Positions 40,470 through 53,012 of a stretch of DNA of 57,426 bases are shown one piece after another (the stretch's first letter is position 1; each line of letters starts with the position of its first letter). The DNA comes from Hydrolagus affinis (taxonomy: Eukaryota): positions 1 through 57,426 of the forward strand of contig JAAILG010002141.1 in NCBI GenBank assembly GCA_012026655.1. Reading direction: 5' to 3'. The translations under genes and the position numbers were made by a program. The notes below the pieces were generated by a model. The model had not been told where the DNA came from, did not search any database, and saw only the letters and a list, made by a program, of their open reading frames with translations.

Positions 40470-40849
40470 TCAGGCTCTGGGTTCAAGCCCCACATTGGGA
40501 CTTGGAGTCACATAATCTAACATTTCAACATGGTGACACTCAAATGCAGATCTGGGGATGTGTTACATTGATGAGATGTTAAACCAAAGCCCCATCTGCC
40601 TATTCACGTGGACCTTAAAGATCCCTTGGCACTATTCGAAAGAAAAGGTAGTTTCTCCTTGTGTCCTGGCCAACAAATCCATCAAATAAAATTGATCACT
40701 CACTCAATGGCTGTTTGTGGGAGATTTATGTTCGCAAATTGGCCCCCAAAATACACAATCAATCCACTTTACAGTATATCCTGTGAAGTATTTTGAAATG
40801 TCTCGACAACCTGCTGAGGTGCTATATCAAATCCAAGGATTATTATTAT
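40470..40849 (+). mobile_element. SacSINE1/Deu-type SINE, near full length
   Basis: B box gggttcaagccc; Deu core gatgagatgttaaaccaaagccccatctgcc...gtggaccttaaagatcccttggcactattcgaa...gtgtcctggccaac; (TTA)n tail. Confidence 0.85.
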
Positions 40850-43794
40850 TCTGAGAAAGTAGCAGGGGGTTGTCTCACAAAGGATTTCATTTCACATTTC
40901 CTGTTTGCTTGTACTTTCTCACATTATATTTACTTCAACAGCCTCAGGCATTAGGAAATGTCAAAGATTGTTTCTAAAAATTAATTTCTTTCTGCATAAT
41001 GCAATGTTCTGTGTTTAAAGAACTCATTAATAAACACAGCATGATCTCTAGCTGACACTTATCCATCTGTGTTTGGAGGTTGAACTTCATGTATAGAATG
41101 AGAAAACCCATTGTTGTAGCAGGTGACAGAACATGATTCTATTCACCATCTGCAAGTAATTGTAATCTCTGAAGGTTCAAGCTGTACATCAGTAGTGCAG
41201 TTACATTCAGGAGCAATGCTAGGAGCAAGTCTGTTAATATCCAATCGTTTTTTGTTAACCTTCGATGGAAGGCTTGAATCATGTGATCAAGGATTAACCC
41301 TACATTAAGCCATGTAAAAAGTATATACTCTGGCTTCAAGGAAATATTGGGAAAGACCTTTGTTTATTGTTCCACAAAGTGATTGTAAGCAAATTTTTTA
41401 AAAGTTTACTCTGGTGAGCAAAAACATGTTTAAAAAAATGCAGTGCTGTATAACTGGTATCTTTCATAGCCCCAATATGTTCACTATATTCACTCTTTTT
41501 TGTGTGCAAAATTAAATGGGCTGCTACAAATAAAATGTTATGTTCACTATAATTGAATGGATGCACAATCCTCAACTGTTGTGTGAAGATCGAGAGCAAA
41601 CTAAGAGTCAGAACCATATCCCTAAATATAAAACATAACTGGTCAAAGAACCAGTTGAGGCCAAATTTCACTTTAGGAATGGGTCGCGCTCATCTTCAAT
41701 TGGCCATTCATAGAGAATTGGTAAAGGTCATTGGTTGGACAGTAAGAAAACAACCTGTGATGGGAATGGTACTTTGAAAATACACTTGATTTTGGTGACT
41801 TCAACGTTTTCTTCATGTTGTGAAATTATTTTGAAAACCAGATCAATCTTACAACCTGACTAACAAATAGAGTACCCTTCTCCTCTGTTAGTACTTCATC
41901 CAGGGAGAAAATTCTAAAACTAAGAAAATGGCAATCCCCATCTGCTTCAATACTCCCCAAATTGAAGCAAAAATCAATTATCAATCTTTGTGAAGTATTT
42001 TATTGCAGTCTCTATTAAATATATCTTTCTATATACTGTATTTGGATGAAAATGCATCAAAATGAAATGCAGTTTGCAGGATAGCAGATGTCAAACCATT
42101 GTACACTACATACCACTGTAATTTTATCAAATAAAAATTAATGCCTCTGGAGCTACTGCAATTAAAATGCTATTTTAATTTACTTCGTAAATAAGTTAAC
42201 CCAGCAGCAACTAGCTGTCAGAGTGTGCATCATCAGCAATCCCTAAAATCTAATTTTTTATGGAATCTAATTTTCTCAATAGATGCTGTATGTGATAACT
42301 CTCCAATTCAGTTGAGGCTTTGACAGTAGCTGTTAGAGAAACGCAGTGACCTGAGCAGCTGTGCTGGGTTTCAAATTACTGACCTGTTTCAAACCGACTG
42401 TTCTGGTTGGCACCATCCCAAATACATTTGCTGGATTAGAATGAATCACCTTCTGAAGGCCAAGGGTGTCTGCCTATTGTTCCACAGACTGATCTCTATT
42501 ATTACTGCACTTCATGGTGATTTCCGAATGAACTAACCAGCAATCCATGACCAAATGGAACCAATTGTAAATCATACGATTTGCAGTGTCCTTATTAATG
42601 AATATAAAATATTCCTCGCTACATCACTAATACAAAGTTGCCGCATGATTACATTTTGTGAGGATGAAAATTCACCTGAATGCTAAAAACAAATTGATTG
42701 GTGGTTTAAAGGCTACATTAAGCCCATGGACAATTTAGGGTTGCAGATGAAATCTATAATAATAGTCGCGCCTGTAGTGTCAAAGCATCTAAAAGTGTTT
42801 CACAGGTAATTGCTATCAAGTGTAAATGTCTAGCAATCAGGAGGTAAAATGTGGCAGCCAAACTGCACACAGCTAAGTCACACAAATAGCCAAAAAATGA
42901 ATGACCGAGTCATTTGGATTAATTGAGAGATGTTATTGCTACATTTCAAATAGTAAAATAGTAGTAAACACTAACATCTTACTTATAATGCTGCTGTAAA
43001 CATCATGATCACTGATGTAACACACAATGAATTTAACTGCATTGCACCACATGTGGACCATCAATTGGTTTTCCCAATGAACATTATTGCGATTCATTTC
43101 CAGATATCTAGCAATGTTTATACAAAAATCACACGATTCCCTCATTGCCTGGTAATCACTCTTGGTATTCATTATTCTTTCTATATCGTCTAAAGGCAAT
43201 TAAATTCAGTGAATTGTTTCATTTCTATTCAAATAAATTGTTTTAAAGAGCCCCTCCAACAAAAATTCAAAGCATTCACAAATTGATTGCATTAAAATAA
43301 ACCCATTTTCTCTCTTTCCCTGTTGCCTTAAAAATACTTTTATTTAAATCAGTGAATGTTGGTACCTGGAGGGAGACCCAGTCATACAGTGAAGTTCATC
43401 TCTTTCACAGTAAGGCTCAACAGCTTCTTCAAGCTTGTTTCCCCAAAATGATTAGTAATCAGTCACTGGTTAAACAAAACTATGTTACATGAAAAAGAAA
43501 ATAGATACCTAGGGAAACATATGAAGATGTGAATAAGTATTGTTTGTAATTCCTTTGTTATTTCTAAACTTATCAGTTTAAAAGGTTTGAAGGGCAAAAC
43601 TTACTCTTTTTAAATACCTAAAAGTGGAATTTTAACTTCTGCCCACTGATTAGAAAGGATCCCACTTTAAACAGATGAAAGTGAATAAAGCTGATGGACA
43701 TATGCTAGTCAGGGAAAATAGGAACAATAGGAGAGGGGGGCAGGGTTTCCAAACATGTAATTGACACTTCTGGTTAAATAATAACACTAATAAT

Positions 43795-43849
43795 GAGATG
43801 TCGATAAGACGTGGAAAGCGCTATATAAATGTAAGGATTATTATTATTA
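43795..43849 (+). mobile_element. Solo SINE tail, joined tail-to-tail with the next element
   Basis: gagatgtcgataagacgtggaaagcgctatataaatgtaagga(tta)n. Confidence 0.8.
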
Positions 43850-44160
43850 TAATAATCCTTGCATTTGATATAGAGCTCTTCATGTCTTCTAGATGTGTCA
43901 AAGCGTTTCGCAGAATATACTGTAAAGTGAATTGACTCTATATTTGTGGGCGAAATGCGGCAGCCAATTGCACACAACAGTACCTCACAAACAGTCGTGA
44001 ATTGAAATGACTAATTTATTATTGTTTGTTTCGAGGGATCATTATCAGGCGTGTGGAGTAAGGAAACTTACCCAGGGTTTCGCTCTGCATGGATTCGAAC
44101 CCACATCTCTCACTTGGAAGGAAGGCGAGTGCTCTAACCACTGAGCTACAGCATGCCACA
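43850..44160 (-). mobile_element. Full-length tRNA-derived SINE (about 310 bp) with intact Pol III boxes and an L2-type tail
   Basis: Minus strand: A box TAGCTCAGTGG, B box GGTTCGAATCC, body gcaattggctgccgc...cactttacagtatattctg, tail ctatatcaaatgcaaggattatta. Confidence 0.92.
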
Positions 44161-44199
44161 ATGAAGTGTAGTATTGAATAGATACACTGCACATTTTTT

Positions 44200-44384
44200 C
44201 TTCAAGGCCTGTCTCAAGATCTTCATATTCAACCGTACCGTCGGTCACCCTCCTAACCTCAACCTCCCTGCTCTCCACCCCTCCTGATCCTAACACCCAA
44301 CTCAGGTGCACATCCTTGACTGTCCAGCGCTTTGTGACATCCTCCTGATATGAAAGGAACTATACAAATGTGATTTGTTGTTGT
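44200..44384 (+). mobile_element. L2 3' fragment
   Basis: FKACLKIFIF-like ORF end, pyrimidine-rich UTR, gactgtccagcgctttgtgacatcctcctgatatgaaagg...(ttg)n. Confidence 0.8.
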
Positions 44385-44975
44385 CATTGATAGGGGACAG
44401 TAGGATTGGAGTTCAGAGGGATAAGATTGGATGTGTCAAAGGATCTTCTTCATCTAAACTTATCTTGTGATCTTGTGACGACTGGATCAGAAGTTCTGAA
44501 AGTTAAAACATTTCTGAACCTTTTGAGCAAAATGTGACTTTTTGATTACAACAACAGATATTACCCTGGTGTAATGTTCTCAGAATGGAACAATCTCTTG
44601 CTTGGTTAGATATTGGAAAGAAAAGCATTTGCAAGTTCCTTCTATTGTACATACACAACATAAATACTCCATTAGGCATAACACTCTGTGCTTAACTGCA
44701 CATAGTTATTTAGATCACATATCGGGAATTTAATTTGACTGGCGATACAAACCCAATCATGAAGATTGCCTCATAAATTGAACAACATGAAAAGAAAAGG
44801 CTCCTCTTCATTTTATGTATGATCATTGGGAAGTAGGCAGCACAGTGCTGCAATGCAAAGTGCCAACCAGTTGCACCACACAGTGGTAAGCTACTATGTC
44901 CAATCCTCCATTACAAGATGCTAAACTATGCTGTAGCACTTTTAGGCGCCACAGAACAGAGCCAAGAGTTTCCAC

Positions 44976-45339
44976 TAGTGTCCGGCAATATATCGATATG
45001 TCGGTTATATCGGGATAATTTTTCATATCGATATGCCGATATTGGAAATTAAAAAATATCGATATGAAAAAAAATCGATATATCGTAAATATCAGTATAT
45101 CGTGTCCGGCGATATATCGATATATCGGTATAAAGCAAACTTTTTCAACTTACCTTGTCGCCGGCATTGCAAACCTCCTGGGCCTAGAGCACGGAATGTG
45201 CGCGCATATTGGAATGCGCACGCATCCCGAATTCGTGCGCACCTCCCCATGCGCAGTACAAAAACCTGGAGATATTGATATATCGATATGAGCCAACCGA
45301 TATATCGATATCGGAAAATTTCCATATCGACGGACCCTA
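44976..45339. mobile_element. Non-autonomous hAT-type DNA transposon (MITE), 364 bp
   Basis: Perfect 8-bp TSD gtttccac at 44968-44975 and 45340-45347. TIRs tagtgtccggcaatat vs tagggtccgtcgatat (13/16). Many subterminal ATATCG/CGATAT motifs. Confidence 0.9.
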
Positions 45340-45720
45340 GTTTCCACAGAGAGGGGTGCTTACCTCTGCACTCTCACCTATCACTTCGGAAGTTTTTCAA
45401 CTCCTTTAAAGTTAAAACTACCCTTTTCAGGGGCATATAAAGCTTTTACTGTGTTAAATTCCTAGAATTAGTTTGACTAAATCATCCTTTCAGAATAATT
45501 TACAGCTTTGAAATCTCAGCAGCTAATTAAGCTTGACATTGACACGATCATCTTCCAACTTTAATTAATTTATTTGTCTGAAGGTATTTTATACAGGGCA
45601 ATTGGAGAAACCGGATTGCTTGCCTTACAATATGCTTCACTACAAGATTTCCAGAGTTAATTAAATAACAGTTCAAACAACTAAATAATTGTTTTTGAAT
45701 CCAAATACAGCAGCCATTTT

Positions 45721-46175
45721 AACAACAACACAATTACATTTGTATAACGCCTTTCACGTTGGGAGGACGTCCCAAGGCGCTGGACTGTTGAGCTTGCAGA
45801 CCCAAGCTGGGATCGGGGAGGGTGGAGGGAAAGGAGGGGATTTGGGGTGACCGATGGGAACATCAAAGGGGAGGATCTTGAGGTGAGACTTGAAAGAGGC
45901 TAAGGAGGGGGCTAGGCGGAGGGATTATGAGATGGAATTCCAGAGATATGGGGCAGAATGGCTGAAGACTTGCCCGCCGATGGTGGGGCAGGTTGGTCAT
46001 GGGACATGTAGCAGGCCAGAGCCCGCTGAGCGGAGGAAGTGGGCAGGACATTCAACCGTAGAAAGTTAGCTCTCATCTAGGACGATGTCTGACGGGTAGT
46101 CTGTCAGGACAATGGTGGTCCTGGAATCGAGGGTGGTGGCAGAAAGATAGAGTTGGGTGTCATCTGCATACATTT
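45721..46175 (-). mobile_element. L2 remnant: RT catalytic segment fused directly to the 3' end
   Basis: About 46060-46173 translates MYADDTQLYLSATTLDSRTTIVLTD...ANFL; 45721-46050 is the 3' end with stem-loop and (TTG)n tail. Confidence 0.88.
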
Positions 46176-46224
46176 TCAAAGTTGCACAAACAGCCATGAA
46201 ACGATTCACCATTTTTCAGGAGGC

Positions 46225-46395
46225 TGAAGTATTAGAAGATACTCCCTTTTCATTTTGAAGATTGCCATGAGATCTTTAAAGTCCACCTGAAGTATTGGCA
46301 GACAGTACTACTGATTACTATCTACCCTGAATGGTGGCACCTATGATTGTGCAGTACTCCCCGGTATTGGTTTAGAGTATTAGCCTGGATTTAAA
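46225..46395 (-). mobile_element. Degraded Deu-type SINE core
   Basis: tgccatgagatctttaaagtccacctga...ggtggcacct...gtgcagtactccc...agcctggattt is the reverse complement of the core at 40540-40640. Confidence 0.65.
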
Positions 46396-46974
46396 GAACA
46401 ATTGCTTCAAATTCCAGCAATTAAATCTCACAGTTTATCACAAAGAACCACTTAAATTAATGAACCAGCAGATATCTCCTAGATGCAGCACTCTTTAACC
46501 AAATAAGTAGCACATCACCAGATAAACATTTAACCAGTTACTATGGGAACAAGATAAATATCTTCAGAAAATATTGAAATTGGAAACAGTGCTGATGAAC
46601 TGATCATAGCAGGTTCTAAATTTTAATAAAAATTTCATGAGGCTTAATTCACGAATTGCAAATGAGAATTTAATATGGTCACTTTCCATGTTTAGCAGGA
46701 AATTAACATTATTGAGAAGCTGATTGCCCTGACTCTGAGAAAGGTACTGACAGTTTTCAATCCACCCATTAAAGAACCATGTGAACACACTGTTAGTTGT
46801 ACCCCTTTGCACCCAACTCAAATTTATGGTAAATGTACCAAATTCTTTGATCTTAATAAGTCACCTAAGTAATACTATCAGTGATAATATTACACAAACT
46901 GAAACTTCTTATAAAAGCAAAGGAGTATATGATCACAGAAGTGAATGTAACTGGAGAAGGCAAGAGCTCATTCA

Positions 46975-47103
46975 CAGCGCAGAAGATGGCCATTTCATCC
47001 ACAAAATATACAGTCAATTCATTTTATACTATTTTGTGCAAAGTGCTTTGAAAATTTTTGAAGATGTGAAAAGGTGCTATATCAAATGCAATGATTATTA
47101 TTA
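46975..47103 (+). mobile_element. SINE 3' fragment, followed by a minus-strand CR1 3' remnant at about 47108-47222
   Basis: aaatatacagtcaattcatttt...gtgctttgaaa...gtgctatatcaaatgcaatgattattatta. Confidence 0.75.
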
Positions 47104-47371
47104 CTTATTTCATCCTAGCTCTTTGAAAGAGCATTTTATTCAATCCCATTTTCCTACCTTTTCCCCCATACCCCTTCAAATTATTGTTTTAAAGTTATCT
47201 ATCTAGTTCCTTCTTGAAAGTTAACATGATAGAACAATAGAATTTTACTGGATGAGTTAGAAAAGATAAAAATAAGATTTAGATGTAATGTAAATTAAGA
47301 TTTTTTTATGTTTACAATAATTGAATCATTATATTAAGTATACACGCTATATATTATACACGTATATATAG

Positions 47372-47463
47372 ACAATCAATTCACTTTACAGTATGAAGCG
47401 CTTTGAGATGTCTCAAAGACATGATAAGGTGCTATATCAAGGATTATTATTAGTAGTAGTATT
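47372..47463 (+). mobile_element. SINE 3' tail fragment
   Basis: caattcactttacagtatgaagcgctttgagatgtctcaaagacatgataaggtgctatatcaaggattattatt. Confidence 0.85.
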
Positions 47464-49140
47464 ATCTACATACAAAGCATATTTATGCCATAAATAAATT
47501 ACAAAATATATTTGTTTCCTCTACAAAGGAGGCAAGTATATATATTTTGGGGAAAAGATTTCTAAATGCCCCACAAGCAATTACTGCATTACCTGGATTG
47601 TCCTAATCACAGGCAGAACTCCAAACACCAGTACTAGTATAGAAAAAGAAATACAAGCAACATCTTAGTAAGGACTGGGATTAGCCTGAGCACTGGAAGT
47701 ACCATTAGAAAGACTCACTGCAGGCTGTATATGGTTCTGAACCATAAGATTCACAGCAAACAACATTCACTCACATGAATGCAAGAAAACTAGGATAATA
47801 CTCACTATATAACGTACATTGAATAGGAAACATCACAACATGATAGATTTATAAATCACAAATATATTCATTAGATTTTTTTAAATGCGGCATTTTTAAA
47901 AAAAAATTGTTTCAACTGAACACAAAGGGAATAGGTCCTTCTAAAAATCTGCATATCAGTAGTTGATTAAAAATACCCCCAAATCAATATGGTTGTTTAA
48001 GATGCTCTTATTGTTTTGCTTCCCACATCTATTTTGATGAGACTGTATAGTCTGTGATGTGACCAGTGTATACAAGCACTTGTCTTGCAGAAATATGAAT
48101 ATGATTTTTCATTGTCGATAGATTTCTTTAATGGAAGCGTGCTTCAAGGAGGTTGTCATGGATCTCTCTGACACTTGCCAGCACCTCACCTCCAGGTGCA
48201 AACTGCTACAGTTCCGCCTCATTCATAATCAGGCATATTCAGATGTCAGGGTGGATCATCGCTGCAGAACCCAGGCTCTGCAGAATGCATCACTCGACAA
48301 ACACTTCCACACTTTGGAAGGTGCTTACTACAAAGCATTACCAGATTAATCATTGCATTGAAATAGCTACTTGAGCATCCTAAGTGTTCTTTCACGCTGT
48401 GTTTGTACTGCACCACTGAAATCAGTGCGAAGATTTCAGTAGCTTTGCCATTTGCATTGCTGCAATATAAATAAGAGCCTTTAAAGTCAGTTTTTACTCA
48501 CAAAATAAAAACCCGGGGTGGGGGGGGGGGTTGGTAGGGGGTTTCTATTGTTATTGTCAAAATACCAGGAAAAAAAAACCCTGGGGAAATATTGCACCAA
48601 ATAACTTGGTTAACGATTAAAATCAGGATAGATTTTGGAACATCTGCTTAAAAGGGCTTGAAATATCCTGTGTGCACACTACCAGAAGTGGCTTACCTCT
48701 GCATGGCACACACATTCTTGGATCCTACATTCAAGTTCATGATGCTGCTGACATTTGTTTTACTAAAATAAAAATCAAGTTAAACTCACTTTTACTATTG
48801 ACCTTCACCCCAAATAATGGAAATTAGTGATGAAAAATGATTTTAATACTGAACGATAAACACAGCTGGCGCTGATCAATTGGCTCTTTTCCCTGATGTC
48901 TCTTCAAAGTGCTCTTAGGCAAGTCATAGGATAGCAAACACAATGTCAAGAGTCATTTTTAATGTTATTAAACTACTGTGTTGTTTTTCTAGGTCTTTAA
49001 AATAACATTAACTACTAAAACAATTTTAGTGGTCTGCACCTACGCAACTAAGCGCTTGTAAACAACACCTATTGTCAATGCGTGGAGCAGGATCCCGTTC
49101 TTTGTTCTACCACTGAAAATAAAGTAGCTTGGTTTCCAGC

Positions 49141-49430
49141 AACAAACAACAACAACTTTGATTTATATAGCCCTCTCCACGCTGGACGGCATCTCAGAGC
49201 GCTTCACAACAACGGATCCCAGGACCGAGCAAGTGCAGGGGTAGAAAGGTGATTAAAGGCGCTTTCGAGAGAAAGGTCTTTAGCTGGGACCTGAAACTAG
49301 GAAGAGAGGGGACGAGGTGAAGGGAAGTGAGGAAGGGAGTTCCAGAACCTTGGGGCGTAATAGCTGAAGGTACGGCCGTCCATGGTGGAGCAGAGGATTC
49401 GGGGGACACGGAGGAGGCCAGACCCGGCAG
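49141..49430 (-). mobile_element. L2 3' fragment, same family as 2048-2656
   Basis: Reverse complement aligns colinearly with 2370-2656 (FRSQLKTFL, cctgggatc, stem-loop, (TTG)n). Confidence 0.92.
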
Positions 49431-50721
49431 TATAAATGCTGCATTAATAACACATTGTGCATTTCTTTGCCTTGTTGTGCTGATTCTTATTCAGTACTCA
49501 ACAAACTAAGAAGCCCTCAGACAAATGCGATAGTCACTCGCCAAAAGCTAGTTTTATGGAGGGTTAAACTGTCCAAATAAATTGGCACAGAAGTCTAACA
49601 AGAGGTGAAGTGAGAATTTTACAATCACCTGAAATAACATCTCTTGGCACTGCATAGCACCAACATGCAGAGTTTGGGGATGTTGTACTACATTTGAATG
49701 CCTGCTGATGCTTATATTTTTGTGTAAATGGAGTCACTTATTCTGGGGAACACAGCAATGGCAGATCATCTTTCGAAAAATGGATGAACCTGCAAGTTCT
49801 ATGGAAGAGTGTATCTGTCACGTCTTGAATACAGATGGAATGGATACTTGGCATATTGTTACTCTAGTCTTCCCCAGGTGCTGTAATCAGCATAGAAACT
49901 AATCACCGCAATGACATTTACAGCCAAAGGCACAGCCCTGGGTGACAGTGAGGTACCCAGTAAATCTGCAGCCTGCATGTGGCAGATCTCACTGATTACT
50001 TTCCTGTGACCCTATACTTTCATACACACTGATCCACAGATAATGCCAATCCATTCATCTTCGGCCTATACAGCATTTGTTTCCATCTCGTCCAGTAACC
50101 TTTCTGTCTCCTTGCTCTTGTCACATTCAACCTTCTCTTTTTCCCCTGCCACAGCAGCTTGATGTGCAACAGTGTGGAAACCACAGCCTTGTGCTGTACT
50201 GTATCAGTCGTATAGGCAGTCATAAACCTAGTTTTAAAAAATTAAAATAATGGTGCACATTGATTAAATGTCTTTAAAATAAAAATCTGAAAATGGCAGT
50301 TAGGTTAATTAAATGAGATCCTACTCCAAGTAACTGTTTTAATTGCTGTGTTTAATTCATGAGCAATAATCAATGCACCATTGTGTTAAACCCAGATTGG
50401 AAAGTGTACGACAGCAATGCAGCCAAAAATCCACAATTGCCAAAATGTTCAGTTTCCATTTGGTGGTAGGAGCTTTGTAACATTCCTTCATATCAAAATA
50501 ACATTTCCCATAAAAAAAAATCGGTGTTCTGAACTCTAAAACAATCTGTCTTTATTTTTCAAATTATTGACTTGCTGTCGCCCACACGTTTCTGAAGCTG
50601 CCATTGTGGATAGCTCACTGTGCATTTTATATTACATTTTATTAGCTGAAAAATACAAAGCTGATGAAATGCTGCAGGTAAAATCGCTGTTTTGTTTTTC
50701 CTTTTGTAAAGCTCTTAAAGG

Positions 50722-51141
50722 AGAACAACAACAACAAAATTACATTTATAGAGTGCCTTTCACGTCGGGAGGACATCCCAAGGCGCAGAACAGTCAGGTC
50801 TGGACTCGAGCAAGGGGGATGAGCAGGGTAGCGGGGAGGGGAAGGAGAGAGTTAGGAGTGGAGGGAGAAAATTGGGAGGGCAGTAGAAGGCATGATCGAA
50901 GAGGAGGGTCTTGAGACCGGCCTTGAAGGAGGCAAGGGAGGAAGCGAGATGAAGGGACTGTGTGATGGAGTTCCAGAGTGTGGGGCAGAGAGGCTTAAAG
51001 CCTGTCCACTGATGGTAGGGCAGATCGGGCAGGGTACATGGAGCAGACTGGAGTGAGCTGAACGGAGTGGGTGGGCAGGTTCATAGGGAGACAGCAGGTT
51101 GGAGAGATAGGAGGGGGCAAAGCTGTGAAGGATGTAGAGGG
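50722..51141 (-). mobile_element. L2 3' fragment, second L2 family
   Basis: LHSFAPSYLSNLLSPYEPAHPLRSAHSSLLHVP motif; tail shared with 45721-45790. Confidence 0.9.
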
Positions 51142-51879
51142 AGTTATTTTGGGTTACACAAAATGGTGACATTTTTCCCACCAGGAATATCAAATTCCCT
51201 TCCCAAAGAAGGCCCATTATTTTAGGTAGCTTCTTAACTTAACTTTCAATGACATCAATTACAAGCACATCACACAGCAGATCTGTAGAGAAACATGGAA
51301 ACCAACACCAGAGATAAACTAATCCAGACACATTTAGACTGCTAATGCCAGCATTGCCTGGGCTACAGCATGACTGATTTTTCTCCCCTCATCTTGAGTT
51401 CCTTGGATTGGTGTCCAAATTACTCCCAGGTGATAACTTCTGGAAGCTTTTAACGCTCTTGCCAGCTATATTAGTGCACTGCTCTGAAGAAATCTACAGG
51501 TCTACAAGGTGAGAGGGTGCAAAGGAAAAAGATTATTAACTGTAAATGAGGATGTCTCTTATAAGTCTCAACAGATATTATTGACAAGGAGAATGAAATT
51601 TGCATTGTTTAGCTGAATTTTTAGAAAGCTTTTGGCAAAGCTCCTCATCAGTGATTAATGTCACTGGAGAGAAATTTAGCTGAAATCCCGAGATACACTT
51701 TAACAATTTGCAGATATGAAATGTTTTGAGGAAAGCGATTGAGAGAGGTACCCAGGGATCTGATCAGATCCCTTACTTGTATTTTTAAATATTATCCAGT
51801 ACATAAATATTGATTTAGACAGATTATTGCAAGAAAAACGTAAGAAGGTTCAAATTGATCTTGGAAAAGATACATTATC

Positions 51880-51938
51880 TGAAACTCCGTCTGGCATGGA
51901 GGGCGCTATATAAATCCAAGTTGTTGTTGTTATTATTA
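51880..51938 (+). mobile_element. Solo L2 3' tail
   Basis: gaaactccgtctggcatggagggcgctatataaatccaag(ttg)n(tta)n. Confidence 0.8.
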
Positions 51939-52090
51939 TGTAGAAAATAATTGAAAAGAAACACAAAAAAGGCAGAGAAGTAACAATTAATTACAATAGG
52001 TGTACCTTTTTTTGTAATGTTAAGTTTTTCTTGCATTTTAATTTAAATTGAGCAGTTTTCTTGTATTTATTGCCATGAATTTGGGGGTAC

Positions 52091-52991
52091 AATAACAACA
52101 ACTTGCATTTAGAGAGCACCCTTCATGCAGAGGTAGCCTTCTGGAACACTTGAAATTAATCTGTTTGGTAACTGGGAGCCAGTGGAGCCTGGCAAGGACT
52201 AGTGTGATCAGAGTATTTTGACTTCCGTGCGGCTGAGTATCTGGATGGAGGAGTTTTGAATTAATTATATTTTGTGTATAGTGGACATGCAAGTAGGGCA
52301 CTGGAATAGTCCAGCCGGGAAGTGACGAAGGTGTAGACGAGAGTTTGGGCTGCTTTGGTTGTGTGGTACAGACAGAGGTAGAGAATGTGACAGAGGCGGA
52401 AAATCTGTTCTTGTTAGGGTATGGATCTGGGGCAGAAAGGAAAGCTTGCGATTGAAGCTGGTGCCTAAGTTGCACACAGGTTCATTGAGTCCGAGGATGA
52501 GCCCCGGGAGTAATTCAGGACCCACAGGAGAGAAGACGTTGACAGGAACCAAAGAGTTGCCAATAGTCAGCTGCAGAAAGTTTGCCATCATCCAGGCCTT
52601 GATGTTTGTCAAACAAGCTAACAGGATATCAGCAGACTGGGAGTCACAGCTGGAGGAGCAGAAGTAGATTTGGGTGTCATCTACATACATGTGACAGTTT
52701 GCCTCAGGTCTGCAGATCACATCACTGAGAGAGAGCACTTAGATAAGGAAAATAAGGGGGATAAAGGATGGATCCTTTGGAGAGCCAGGTTAATGGACAC
52801 TAAGGTGACTGGACAGGGGTGGGAGGAGAAACCATTTGCCAAGATGTATTGTTGGTGGTTTGTTAAATAGGACTGGAACCACTAAGGTGGATGAGGGAGG
52901 CGATGTGATGGAGGACGATGGCATGATTGACTGTGTCAAATGCAGTGGAAAGATCTAGGAGAATGAGGGGGCAGAGGGACCACCTGGTCAG
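52091..52991 (-). mobile_element. Degraded L2 RT region with internal deletions and a 3' tail
   Basis: LILLDLSTAFDTVNH, HMYVDDTQIY, CLTNIKAWMMANFLQL, ITLVLARLHWLPV; (TTG)n tail at about 52091-52105. Confidence 0.9.
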
Positions 52992-53012
52992 AGAGAGAGA
53001 GAGAGAGAGAGG
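52990..53012. repeat. (GA)n microsatellite
   Basis: Read directly. Confidence 0.9.

Noticed and set aside
44090-44155. tRNA gene
   Set aside because: It has A and B boxes but continues into a dispersed SINE body and tail, so it is a SINE head. The same applies to 9604-9670 and 56730-56799.
44976-45339. CRISPR-like array or CpG-island promoter
   Set aside because: The repeats are short and irregularly spaced with no spacer structure. The TSD and TIRs explain the region as a hAT MITE in eukaryotic DNA.
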